Assembly: GCF_000006765.1 (NCBI RefSeq)
Contig: NC_002516.2
Strand: one strand, 5' to 3'
DNA: 64,000 nucleotides
Source of the DNA: Pseudomonas aeruginosa PAO1
GTDB taxonomy: Bacteria > Pseudomonadota > Gammaproteobacteria > Pseudomonadales > Pseudomonadaceae
Shown here piece after piece: positions 9,592 to 24,865 of the stretch (its first letter is position 1; the number at the start of each line of letters is the position of its first letter). The notes beneath the pieces are model-generated. The model saw only the letters and a list, made by a program, of their open reading frames with translations, did no database searches and was not told where the DNA came from. Both the position numbers and the translations under genes were made by a program.

Positions 9592-9881
9592 CATCGACTG
9601 TGATAGCGTCAAAAAAGAATCATATCGATCCTTTGTAGCGTTATCCGGTGCCATGCAGTCCTTATCGAACAACCGCCGGGGCCTCGCCAAGCCCCGGTTC
9701 GAGCCACGCATTGCGTGGTCGCAGCAAACGTTTGTGCGGATTACCCCAGGAGGCTCGCCCATGACCGAATCGACTGCCGGGGCCGGAGTCCATGGCACAG
9801 CCTCCGGACAGGCTGGCGAAAGCCCTGCCGCGCGCAGGGAACGATCGCCGGTGACGGATCGTCGATGAGCCGGGGGAAGCC

Positions 9882-10844
9882 ATGCGAAGCCTGATCGGGA
9901 TGACGTTCCTGAACTCCTCCGTAGGCCAGCGCCGGCTGCGCCAGAACGGTATCGTGCTGCGCCTGGGACCGGTAGTCGCGGATCGCCGGCGCGCGACCCT
10001 GCCGCACCGGCAAGGCCACTGCCTCGATCGTCAGGACCTGGAAACCCTGTTGCTATGGCTACAGCGGCACTTCCTCTGCGTGCCCCTGGAACACCTGCTC
10101 GAAGGCCCCGCTCCAGCCTGCCTGCGGATCGCCCTGAGCGTCGACGGCAACCCTGCGGAACTGGCCGAGCAGGTCTATCCGCTGCTGGAACGCTACGAAA
10201 TGCCGGCGAGCGCCTTCATCGGCGGTGACCCGCGCAGTTGGCGCGAAGCGGTGGCCGAGACGCTCTGGCAGGCCGATGCGACTGCCGCCGGACCCTTGCT
10301 GGAACTGCTGGAGGGTTACAGCGGCGCGGCACTCATGGCGGTGTTCGAACGCACCGGCGACGACCAGCGTCGCAGCCGCAACCTCGACCTCCTCCTGCGC
10401 AAGCTGGAACGCCTCGACCCGGCCTCGCAGCAGGCCTTGCACGCGGCCTGCCCGGTTCCCGCACCGTACAGCGCTGGCGACTGGGAGCGGGTCCGCCGCC
10501 TGGAAAACAGCGGCCTGCTTCGCTTCGGCCTGCGCGGACAGGAGCCGCACCCATCGGCAGGCCTTTGCGCCGAGGACTGTCTCGGCCGCGCCCACCGCCA
10601 GCTCCAGCAGCATTGCGCCGCCCCCCTGCCGGTGTTCTGCCAAGCTCGCACCACACCCGCCGCGCAACCCGGCCTGCGCGCCGCCCTCGGTCGGCTTGGC
10701 TACCGCTTCGCCTTCGGCGCGCGCAATGGCCTGGTGGATACCCGTTGCGACCCGCTGGACCTGCCGCGCATCGAGGTGGATGCGGCGATCGCCGCCCGTC
10801 CCGGCCGGCTGGCCTGGCATATCTATCGTGGAGCCCGCCCATGA
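9882..10844 (+). CDS. Polysaccharide deacetylase (CE4/NodB)-like protein with degenerate catalytic motifs (320 aa)
   Basis: IALSVDG, YPLLERYEMPASAFI, LENSGLLRFG and LGYRFAF...DPLDLPRIEV follow the split CE4 layout. Confidence 0.8.
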   Translation: MRSLIGMTFLNSSVGQRRLRQNGIVLRLGPVVADRRRATLPHRQGHCLDRQDLETLLLWLQRHFLCVPLEHLLEGPAPACLRIALSVDGNPAELAEQVYPLLERYEMPASAFIGGDPRSWREAVAETLWQADATAAGPLLELLEGYSGAALMAVFERTGDDQRRSRNLDLLLRKLERLDPASQQALHAACPVPAPYSAGDWERVRRLENSGLLRFGLRGQEPHPSAGLCAEDCLGRAHRQLQQHCAAPLPVFCQARTTPAAQPGLRAALGRLGYRFAFGARNGLVDTRCDPLDLPRIEVDAAIAARPGRLAWHIYRGARP

Positions 10845-11716
10845 GCATGGCTTCCAGCCCGTTCCCAAGGAGGCGCGACAGGCAGTCGCCCTCCGCCGGA
10901 AGACCGCCCGAACCACGGGAAGCGAACGCGCCGTCGCCCGCCATGCCGCAGCGACGCCGCTCTCAGGGATATGGCCAGCCCAGCTGGCCCGGTATCAGCA
11001 AGGATCGTCCCATGACTGCAGACACCCCTACCTCTGTCGCTACCATCAACCACCTGCTGCTCGGCGCGCCCTACACCAGCCCACTGGTGATCCCCGGCGA
11101 CTGGCTGGTCGACGAGCTGGAAGGCGCCGTGGAGGTCGGCGGCTTCACCGACGGCCTGTTCCGCTGGCCGACGCGCAAGCGCAGCGGCCGCCCTTCGCCG
11201 ATTCTCTGCGGCGACCTGCTGCGCGCGGTACGTACCGAATGCGCCGAGTCGGTGCAGTTCTGGTGGGGTTTCAGTCCGAGCCTGGTGGGGCGCTGGCGCC
11301 GCGCCCTCGGCGTGACCCGCCGCAACAATCCCGGCGACCAGGCGGTGGCGCGCGCCCGCGCCGCCCTCGCCCGCTCGCTGGACCGCAAGGCGCCGCCGAA
11401 GGCACCGGCCGCCTGGTCCAGCGAAGAAGTCGAGTTCATCCGCCGCCATGGCAGCAAGCGCAGCCTGGCCTGGTGCGCCTACATGCTCGGCCGCAGCTAC
11501 CAGAGTGTCGCCAGCAAGGCCGAGGAGCTTTCCCCGCACAGCGGGCGCGACCGCAACAATGCGATCTGGAGCAAGTCCGAGGAAGATCTGTTGCGCCAGC
11601 ACTACCAGCAGCGCGGCTCGCTATGGTGCGCGCAGCAGACCGGCAAGACCCGCGCAGCGGTATTCCACCGGGCCAAGAAGCTGGGCCTGCAACGGCAGCG
11701 GCCGAAACACCCGTGA
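10841..11716 (+). CDS. Hypothetical protein with an HTH-like segment and two C-terminal Myb/SANT-like repeats
   Basis: ATGA-coupled start at 10841, alternative ATG 11012 with AAGGA; repeats WSSEEVEFIRRH...LGRSYQSVASKA and WSKSEEDLLRQHY...TGKTRAAVFHRAKKLGL. Confidence 0.75.
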   Translation: MSMASSPFPRRRDRQSPSAGRPPEPREANAPSPAMPQRRRSQGYGQPSWPGISKDRPMTADTPTSVATINHLLLGAPYTSPLVIPGDWLVDELEGAVEVGGFTDGLFRWPTRKRSGRPSPILCGDLLRAVRTECAESVQFWWGFSPSLVGRWRRALGVTRRNNPGDQAVARARAALARSLDRKAPPKAPAAWSSEEVEFIRRHGSKRSLAWCAYMLGRSYQSVASKAEELSPHSGRDRNNAIWSKSEEDLLRQHYQQRGSLWCAQQTGKTRAAVFHRAKKLGLQRQRPKHP

Positions 11717-11761
11717 GGCCGGTCGCCGCCCTCTCCCGCCGAGGCGAGAGAGGGCCAGTGC

Positions 11762-12883
11762 TCAACCGCGGTAGTAGCGCTGCGCCACGAAGGGCATCTT
11801 GCTGACCACCAGGGTCACCGGCTTGCCGCGCACCATCGCCGTCACCTCGCTGCCCAGGCCGGCCAGCTCGCTCGGCACGTAGCCCATGGCCAGCGGCGCG
11901 TTGAGACTCGGACCGAAACCGCCGCTGCTGACCTTGCCGATCGCCCGGCCCTGGGCATCGACGATCTCGGCGCCCTCGCGCACCGGCATCCGCCCCTGCG
12001 GCAGGAAACCGACGCGCTTGCTGGCAACGCCCTGCGCCTGCTGGGCAAAGATCCGCTCGGCGCCGGGGAAGCCGCCGGCGCGCACGCCGTCGGCGCGACG
12101 CGCCTTGGAAATGGCCCAGCCGAGGCTGGCTTCGACTGGCGTGGTGGCGCTGTCCATGTCGTGGCCGTAGAGGCACAGGCCGGCTTCCAGGCGCAGCGAG
12201 TCGCGCGCGCCGAGGCCGATCGGCGCCACTTCCGGCTCGGCCAGCAGGCGCCGCGCCAGGGCCTCGGCATGGGCGGCGGGCACGGAGATCTCGTAGCCGT
12301 CTTCACCGGTATAGCCGGAGCGGCTGACGTAGCAGTCCTGGCCGAGCAGCTCGACGCGGGCGAACTGCATGAAGGTCATCTGCGCCACCTGCGGCGCCAG
12401 GCGCTCCAGCACCCGCACCGCCGCCGGTCCCTGGAGGGCGAGCAAGGCACGCTCCTCGAACAGCGGCTCGACGCTGCAACGGCCCTCCAGGTGACGACGC
12501 AGGTGCGCCAGGTCCTGGTGCTTGCAGGCGGCGTTGACCACCAGCAGCAGGCAATCGCCGAGGTTGGCCACCATCAGGTCGTCGAGGATCCCGCCCTGCT
12601 CGTCGGTGAACAACGCGTAGCGCTGCTGGCCCACCGGCAGGTCGAGGATGTCCACCGGCACCAGGCTTTCCAGGGCCAGCGCCACATCGGCGCCCACCAG
12701 GCGAATCTGGCCCATGTGCGAAACGTCGAACAGACCGGCCTGCTCGCGGGTGTGCAGGTGCTCCTTGAGCACCCCGGCCGGGTACTGCACCGGCATGTCG
12801 TAGCCGGCGAAGGGCACCATCTTCGCCCCCAGTTCCAGGTGCAGGGCGTGCAGGGGCGTCTTGGCGAGGGTTTCTGCGGTCAT
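11762..12883 (-). CDS. gcvT2: Glycine cleavage T protein (aminomethyltransferase)
   Basis: [42 protein letters not shown]. Confidence 0.97.
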   Translation of the reverse strand: MTAETLAKTPLHALHLELGAKMVPFAGYDMPVQYPAGVLKEHLHTREQAGLFDVSHMGQIRLVGADVALALESLVPVDILDLPVGQQRYALFTDEQGGILDDLMVANLGDCLLLVVNAACKHQDLAHLRRHLEGRCSVEPLFEERALLALQGPAAVRVLERLAPQVAQMTFMQFARVELLGQDCYVSRSGYTGEDGYEISVPAAHAEALARRLLAEPEVAPIGLGARDSLRLEAGLCLYGHDMDSATTPVEASLGWAISKARRADGVRAGGFPGAERIFAQQAQGVASKRVGFLPQGRMPVREGAEIVDAQGRAIGKVSSGGFGPSLNAPLAMGYVPSELAGLGSEVTAMVRGKPVTLVVSKMPFVAQRYYRG

Positions 12884-12942
12884 GTTTCACTCCATGGCAT
12901 CCCGGCCTCCTTTCTGCCGGAGAGCCGCGATCGATTGTCGGG

Positions 12943-12973
12943 AAAGAAAAAAGAAGCGCCGGCGCAGCGGCGC
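12943..12973 (-). terminator. Intrinsic terminator-like hairpin between sdaA and gcvT2
   Basis: GCGCCG/CGGCGC stem (12956-12973) followed on the minus strand by TTCTTTTTTCTTT. Confidence 0.6.
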
Positions 12974-12976
12974 GGT

Positions 12977-14353
<1,377 letters not shown>

Positions 14354-14400
14354 GCTCGTCTCCGCTTGCGGATTGGCCGCCACCATGGCGGCGCTCCTGT

Positions 14401-15657
14401 TCAATCAGCGTAGACCGGGAAGTGCCGGCAGAATTCGCCGACCTGGCCCCTGACCCGTTCGCCGACCTCGGGATTGTCGATATCGTCGAGGATGTCGCAG
14501 ATCCAGCCAGCCAGTTCTCGGCACTCGCCCTCGCGGAAACCGCGAGTGGTCACCGCTGGGGTGCCGATGCGGATGCCGGAGGTGACGAACGGGCTCTGCG
14601 GATCGTTCGGCACGGCGTTCTTGTTCACCGTGATGTGCGCCGCTCCGAGCGCCGCGTCGGCGGCCTTGCCGGTCAGCCCCTGCTTCACCAGGCTGATCAG
14701 CATCAGGTGGTTGTCGGTGCCACCGGAAACCACGTCGTAGCCGCGCCCGATGAACACCTCGGCCATCGCCTTGGCGTTGCGGATCACCTGCGCCTGGTAG
14801 TCCTTGAAGCCCGGCTCCAGCGCTTCCTTGAAGCACACCGCCTTGGCCGCGATCACGTGCATCAGCGGGCCGCCCTGGGCGCCGGGGAATACCGCGGAGT
14901 TGAGCTTCTTCTCGATCTCCTCGTTGGCGCGCGCCAGGATCAGGCCGCCGCGCGGGCCGCGCAGGGTCTTGTGGGTGGTGGTGGTGACCACGTCGGCGAA
15001 GGGGATCGGGTTCGGGTAGAGGCCGGCGGCGACCAGCCCGGCGACGTGGGCCATGTCGACGAACAGCAGCGCGCCGACCTTGTCGGCGATGGCGCGGAAG
15101 CGCGGGAAGTCGAGGGTCTTGGAGTAGGCGGAGAAGCCGGCGACGATCATCTTCGGCTTATGCTCCACGGCCAGGCGCTCGACTTCGTCGTAGTCGATCA
15201 GCCCGGTAGCGGTGTCCAGGCCGTACTGCACGGCGTTGTACAGCTTGCCGGAGGAGGACACCTTGGCGCCGTGGGTGAGATGGCCGCCGTGGGCCAGGCT
15301 CATGCCGAGGATGGTGTCGCCGGCGTTGAGCAGCGCCAGGTACACCGCAGCGTTGGCCGAGGAACCGGAGTGCGGCTGGACGTTGGCGTAGTCGGCGCCG
15401 AACAGTTGCCTGGCGCGGTCGATGGCCAGCCGCTCGACCTTGTCGACGTGTTCGCAGCCGCCGTAGTAACGCTTGCCCGGATAGCCCTCGGCATACTTGT
15501 TGGTCAGGCCGCCGCCCTGCGCCTGCATGACCCGCTTGCTGGCGTAGTTCTCCGAGGCGATCAGTTCGATGTGGTCTTCCTGCCGCCGGTCTTCGGCGTC
15601 CATCGCGGCGAGCAGTTCGTCGTCGTAGCCCTGGAGCTGGTCGTGCTTGCTGAACAT
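14401..15657 (-). CDS. glyA2: Serine hydroxymethyltransferase (418 aa)
   Basis: [35 protein letters not shown]. Confidence 0.97.
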   Translation of the reverse strand: MFSKHDQLQGYDDELLAAMDAEDRRQEDHIELIASENYASKRVMQAQGGGLTNKYAEGYPGKRYYGGCEHVDKVERLAIDRARQLFGADYANVQPHSGSSANAAVYLALLNAGDTILGMSLAHGGHLTHGAKVSSSGKLYNAVQYGLDTATGLIDYDEVERLAVEHKPKMIVAGFSAYSKTLDFPRFRAIADKVGALLFVDMAHVAGLVAAGLYPNPIPFADVVTTTTHKTLRGPRGGLILARANEEIEKKLNSAVFPGAQGGPLMHVIAAKAVCFKEALEPGFKDYQAQVIRNAKAMAEVFIGRGYDVVSGGTDNHLMLISLVKQGLTGKAADAALGAAHITVNKNAVPNDPQSPFVTSGIRIGTPAVTTRGFREGECRELAGWICDILDDIDNPEVGERVRGQVGEFCRHFPVYAD

Positions 15658-15799
15658 GGCGCTGGCCTCTTGTCGTGTCGGTGTCAGGACGCTCGCTGGC
15701 GCGAGCGTGGCCGCGGCGCCGCTACGCAAGCGCGGCGCCGGGAAAGGGGTATCGCCGGAAACGCGAGGACGCCGCCGCTGGCGGCGCCCTCCTCGTCCG

Positions 15800-18679
<2,880 letters not shown>

Positions 18680-18689
18680 GACGGGATCC

Positions 18690-19073
18690 TCAGGCGTCGG
18701 CGTTGGCGTTCAGCAGGCGGTCGTAGGCGGCCTGGTCGAGCAGCTTTTCCCAGGCGCCGGCGTCGGCCGGACGGAAGCGGAAGAACCAGGCCTCGCCGAG
18801 CGGGTCCTGGTTGACCAGCTCCGGGGCGTCCGGCAGCGCGTCGTTGATCGCCACCACCTCGCCGTCCAGCGGCATCAGGATGTTGCTGGCGGCCTTGACC
18901 GACTCCAGCACCGCCACTTCACTGCCGGCGGCGTGTTCGCCGAGTTCCGGCAACTGCACGAATACCACGTCACCGAGGGCGTCCTGGGCGTAGGCGGTGA
19001 TGCCGACGGTCAGCAGCCCGTCGTCGTCCTGGCGCAGCCATTCGTGGTCGGTGGTAAAGCGCAACTTGCTCAT
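18690..19073 (-). CDS. gcvH2: Glycine cleavage H protein
   Basis: [15 protein letters not shown], lipoyl-Lys motif ESVKA. Confidence 0.97.
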
Positions 19074-19136
19074 GCTGGATCCTCATTGTCAGCGGGTCGC
19101 CCGGTCGGGACGGGACTTTGTTCTGCGGCAGCCCGT

Positions 19137-19152
19137 AGCAAGCAGGGTGCCA
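19137..19152 (-). promoter_or_regulatory. Sigma54 -24/-12 promoter of the gcvH2 operon
   Basis: TGGCAC-CCTGC-TTGCT on the minus strand. Confidence 0.85.
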
Positions 19153-19217
19153 AGCGGCCCCGGCCCTGTCGCCACGGGGCGTGGCCGGGCGCGGGGGAAA
19201 CCCGGACAGGGCCGCCA

Positions 19218-19336
19218 TGGAACGCTTTCGTTACAGACCCGCCGGACATTTCCCGAACCAGAGCGCAAACGCCTGATAGCAAAGGTTTTTCCTGCAATCG
19301 GAACGAATTCGTTCCACTCGTAACCGAAGCGTTACA
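19218..19336. promoter_or_regulatory. Three GcsR (TyrR-like) boxes
   Basis: 18-mers at 19218-19235 (minus strand TGTAACG-AAAG-CGTTCCA), 19299-19316 (CGGAACG-AATT-CGTTCCA) and 19319-19336 (minus strand TGTAACG-CTTC-GGTTACG), matching the recalled TGTAACG-N4-CGTTCCG. Confidence 0.8.
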
Positions 19337-20255
19337 GCCGATGGCACAGCCCCTGTCGCTGCAAGCTGGCGCGCAGGTGCTCGAGGAACGCGCGGACCTT
19401 CCGCGTGTTGCGCCGGTGCCCCGGATAGAGGACATGGATGGAGGGCCCGAACGGCCCCGGGTCGAAGTGGTAGTCGCCGAGCAGGCGCACCAGCCGCCCT
19501 TCACCGAGCAGCGGCGCGACGCTCCACTGCGGGCAGAACTGCAGGCCCAGCCCGGCCAGCAGGTGGGCGAGCAGGAAGTCGTAGTTGTCGCTGGCCAGTC
19601 GCGGGCGCGGCTGGTCGATACGCTGGCGGGCGCCGTCGCGCTCCATCCACCAGAAGTTCTGGTTCAGCGAAGGGTGCTGGAAGACCAGCCAGGCGTGCCG
19701 CTCGAAGTCCTCCGGGCCTTGCGGCGCGGGTTGCCGCGCCAGGTAGGCGGGGCTGGCGCAAAGCACGATCTGGTTCGGCGCCAGCGGCCGCGCCACCAGC
19801 CCCGGCAGGTCGATGGGGCCGTCGCGCAGGCCGAGGTCGTAGCCGCCTTCGCTGAGATCGAGGAAGGTTTCGTCGAGGTCCACCCGCAGGCTGATCCGCG
19901 GATGCGCCTCGAGGAAGCTGGCGCAGGCCTGCTGGAGGAACGCCGCGGCGAACGACGGCGGCGCGGCGAGGCGCAGTTCGCCGCGCAACTCCGACTCCAG
20001 CAGTTCGATCTCCTGCCCCGCCGTGCGCAGCGTTTCCAGGGACTGGCGGGCCGCCTCCAGGTAGATCTGCCCGGCCTCGGTCAGCGCCAGGCTGCGGGTA
20101 GTGCGCTCGAACAGGCGGGCACCGAGTTCCGCTTCCAGGTGGGCGACGGCCTTGGTCAGCGCCGAGGGCGTCTTGCCCAGGCGCTCGGCGCCACGGCTGA
20201 AGCTACCGGTTTCGGCAGTGGCGACGAACATCGCCAGGGCATTCAATTTGTCCAT
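19332..20255 (-). CDS. LysR-family regulator (307 aa)
   Basis: MDKLNALAMFVATAETGSFSRGAERLG...LFERTTR; divergent from the amidohydrolase. Confidence 0.93.
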   Translation of the reverse strand: MDKLNALAMFVATAETGSFSRGAERLGKTPSALTKAVAHLEAELGARLFERTTRSLALTEAGQIYLEAARQSLETLRTAGQEIELLESELRGELRLAAPPSFAAAFLQQACASFLEAHPRISLRVDLDETFLDLSEGGYDLGLRDGPIDLPGLVARPLAPNQIVLCASPAYLARQPAPQGPEDFERHAWLVFQHPSLNQNFWWMERDGARQRIDQPRPRLASDNYDFLLAHLLAGLGLQFCPQWSVAPLLGEGRLVRLLGDYHFDPGPFGPSIHVLYPGHRRNTRKVRAFLEHLRASLQRQGLCHRL

Positions 20256-20377
20256 CGACTCCTTCCGTTCCGGCACAAGTGTTGTGCGCCGCGCCCGGTT
20301 CTGCCGGGCCGGCGCTTTGGCTAGTCTCGCCTTGCCCGGGCCACGCTACACAAGACCAAGAAGCAAAGGAAACCACC

Positions 20378-22120
20378 ATGAAGCAACGGATTCCCACCCT
20401 CCTCGCCGGCGCCTGCCTGGCCATCCCCCTGCACGCCCTCGGCGCCGCCGACCTGCTGGTGGTCAACGCCAGGATCTTCACCGCCAATCCGCAGCAACCC
20501 TTCGCCGAGGCCCTGGCGGTAGAGGACGGGCGGATCCTCGCGGTCGGCGACGAGGCCGGGCTGCGCGCCCTGGCCGATGGCGACAGCCAGGTCGTCGATC
20601 TCGGCGGCAAGCGCCTGATGCCCGGCCTGATCGACACCCATTCGCACGCGGTGTTCGGCGGCCTGGAGCTGGCCGGCGCGGACATGGGCAACGAACAGGT
20701 CGGCCTCGACGAACTGGAACGGCGCCTGCGCGCCTGGCGCGACAACGGCAAGGCGCGACATGGCGACATGCTCAATGTCAGCGGCATGCATACCGCCTAC
20801 TGGAGCCAGGTCAAGGACTTCCGCGCGCGCTTCGACCACGGCGAATGGGCCGACCAGCCGCTGGCCTTCATCGGTAGCGACCACCACACCGGCTGGGCCA
20901 ACGCCGCCATGCTGAAACGCGCCGGCATCGACGCCGCGCGGGTCCGCGCCCTGCCCGAGGAACAGCGCAACACCATCGGCCACGACGCCGACGCCACCCC
21001 CAACGGCTTCCTCGCCGATGCCGGTCTCGACGCGGTGCTCGCGGTACTGCCGGCGCCGAGCGCGGAACAGATGCTAGAAGCCGGACGCAGCGCGGTGCGC
21101 TACAGCAACTCGCTGGGCCTGACCGCATGGATGGACCCGGCCGCCAATGGCTCGCCGGGCGATGCCCTGTTCAGCCTCAGGCCCGACGAGAACACCGTCG
21201 GCGTGCTACCGGTCTACCACCGGCTGGCCAAGGGCGGCGAACTCAGTGCCCACGTCGCCGCCCTCCTGGTCGCCAACCCACGCAGCCGGCCGACCGACCT
21301 CGAGGTGCTGGACAAGGTGCGCCAGCGCTTCCTCGGCAGCCCCAACCTGACCCTGCCGGGAATCAAGGTGTTCGCCGACGGCGTACCGGAATACCCGGCG
21401 CAGACCGCCGCGCTCCTCGAGCCCTACCGCAACAGCAGGAAGACGGGCGAACTGCTGATCGACCCGGCGCACTTCGGCGAACTGGTCAGCGCCGCCGACG
21501 CCCGCGGCTGGCTGGTCCACGTCCACGCCATCGGCGACCGCGCGGTGCGCGAGGCGCTGAACGGCATGCAGCAGGCGCGGCGCGACCGCGACAGCGGCAT
21601 CGCCCATTCGATTACCCACCTGCAACTGGTCAATCCCAAGGAGTTCGAGCGCTTCAGGCCGCTTGGCGTGATCGCCTCGATGCAGCTGTACTGGGCCGCC
21701 GCCGACGAAACCACGGTGGACCTGATGAAGCCCTATATCAGTGCCTTCGCCTACCGCTACCAGTACCCGGCGCACTCCCTGCTGAGCAAGGGCGCGACCA
21801 TCGCCGGGGCCAGCGACTGGCCGGTGTCCAGCCTGTCGCCGTGGAAGGCCATCCAGCAGGCGGTGACCCGCAAGGGCCCGCAGGGCGTGCTCAACGCCGG
21901 CGAACGCCTGGACCGCCAGACCATGTTCTACGCCTACACCCGCAACGCTGCGCGGACCATCGGCCTGGAGCACCGGATCGGCAGCCTGGAGCCGGGCAAG
22001 CAGGCGGACTTCATCGTCCTCGACCGCGACGTGTTCGAGGTGCCGGAGACGCAACTGGGCGAAACCAAGGTGCTGAAGACCTGGTTCGCCGGCAAGCCGG
22101 TGTATTCCAGCGAGGGCTGA
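20378..22120 (+). CDS. Exported amidohydrolase-3 (YtcJ-like) metallohydrolase (580 aa)
   Basis: RBS AAGGA, signal peptide, PGLIDTHSH, HVHAIGDRA, ITHLQ, SDWPV. Confidence 0.92.
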   Translation: MKQRIPTLLAGACLAIPLHALGAADLLVVNARIFTANPQQPFAEALAVEDGRILAVGDEAGLRALADGDSQVVDLGGKRLMPGLIDTHSHAVFGGLELAGADMGNEQVGLDELERRLRAWRDNGKARHGDMLNVSGMHTAYWSQVKDFRARFDHGEWADQPLAFIGSDHHTGWANAAMLKRAGIDAARVRALPEEQRNTIGHDADATPNGFLADAGLDAVLAVLPAPSAEQMLEAGRSAVRYSNSLGLTAWMDPAANGSPGDALFSLRPDENTVGVLPVYHRLAKGGELSAHVAALLVANPRSRPTDLEVLDKVRQRFLGSPNLTLPGIKVFADGVPEYPAQTAALLEPYRNSRKTGELLIDPAHFGELVSAADARGWLVHVHAIGDRAVREALNGMQQARRDRDSGIAHSITHLQLVNPKEFERFRPLGVIASMQLYWAAADETTVDLMKPYISAFAYRYQYPAHSLLSKGATIAGASDWPVSSLSPWKAIQQAVTRKGPQGVLNAGERLDRQTMFYAYTRNAARTIGLEHRIGSLEPGKQADFIVLDRDVFEVPETQLGETKVLKTWFAGKPVYSSEG

Positions 22121-22127
22121 GCCCGCT

Positions 22128-23663
<1,536 letters not shown>

Positions 23664-23744
23664 GCGGGAACCTGGACTGCGGCGACGCTCGCCATAAAGC
23701 CGTCGATTGTACGGCCTGGCGCCGCCCAGCCCAAGGGGCCGGCG

Positions 23745-24671
23745 TCAGGGTACGGGGCGCAGCGCCTCGCTGCGGGTGCGGTGGCTCCAGTCGCCCTCGT
23801 CGGCCATCACGGTTTCGGTCACCAGCACTCGGCCCGGCTGCTGCGGGTCGGCCTTGTACAGCACCAGTTCGGCCTCGGCATCGTCCCAGGTGGTGGAGAT
23901 GTCCGGCAGCACCCGCACCCACTGGCCGTCGCGGATTTCCAGCAGCGACGACTTGGTCCAGGTGCTGGTCCACCAGGTACGCAGCAGTTGCAGGCGCTCG
24001 CGGCCGCTGTCGTCGAGGCCGCCGAGGACGCTGAGCACCGCGCCGGTGCAACTGCCCAGCGGCTTGGGCGGGACGCGCGCGTCGGCGCTCCAGAGGTCGC
24101 AGCGGCAATCCTCGTATTCGTCGCACAAGGCGGCGCTGTTCGGCGCGTGGGCCACTACCCAGGCGAAGTCCGCCTCGGTACCGGCGAAGCGGCCGCGAGC
24201 CAGCGGGGTGTACCGCGGGTCGACGGCGTAGCGGGTGATCTCGTCGCTCTCGCCGACGAAGCGCCAGGTATCGCCAGGCCCGGCGCGCTCGGCCAGGAGC
24301 AGCCCCGGATAGTTGCGCAGGCGTCCGTCGAGGCGTACCTGCTTGACGAAGCGCACCTCGTAGCGGCCTTCCTGGTCGCCCGGCACGATCTGCGGCGCAG
24401 CGACGATGCGCTGCTCGAAGTCGGGATGGCGGGCGAAGAAGGCCTGCTTGGCGGAGAGGGTGCGCTCGCGCGTCTGCGCGCGGCCATAGTAGTCCAGGCG
24501 CGGCGCATAGACCCCTTCCAGGGCCTTGCCGCTGCGCTGCCCGTGGGCGGCCTGCCAGCGCTGGAACAGGCCGAGGATTTCGCTTTCGGCGGCAGCCTGG
24601 ACCAGCGCTGGGTACAGGCAGAAGAGCGCGGCGCAGAATACCGGGTGCAAGAGTCGGCGCATCGAGAACAT
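23745..24671 (-). CDS. Exported hypothetical protein with an NTF2-like N-terminal domain and a Cys-containing C-terminal domain
   Basis: Signal peptide ending LVQA, then EILGLFQRWQAAH...YAPRLDYYG; start may be 24662. Confidence 0.75.
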   Translation of the reverse strand: MFSMRRLLHPVFCAALFCLYPALVQAAAESEILGLFQRWQAAHGQRSGKALEGVYAPRLDYYGRAQTRERTLSAKQAFFARHPDFEQRIVAAPQIVPGDQEGRYEVRFVKQVRLDGRLRNYPGLLLAERAGPGDTWRFVGESDEITRYAVDPRYTPLARGRFAGTEADFAWVVAHAPNSAALCDEYEDCRCDLWSADARVPPKPLGSCTGAVLSVLGGLDDSGRERLQLLRTWWTSTWTKSSLLEIRDGQWVRVLPDISTTWDDAEAELVLYKADPQQPGRVLVTETVMADEGDWSHRTRSEALRPVP

Positions 24672-24818
24672 CCTTGTCGTTCGATTGAGGCGAACGCCGA
24701 TTGTCCCCTATCCGCCGACGCTGGCAAATGGCCCTGGACGATTTTTTCCGATTCCGCAACGCGGTGGGCATTGCGGACACGCTCCAGACAGCCTTCCCCC
24801 ACCTCCAGGCCGCGGCAC

Positions 24819-24846
24819 GGCGGATAACCGCAAGCGGCTATCCGCC
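24819..24846. repeat. Single REP-like palindrome, same family as 1856-1888
   Basis: GGCGGATAACCGCAAGCGGCTATCCGCC. Confidence 0.7.
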
Positions 24847-24865
24847 CCACGCCAGCCAGCGCGGC

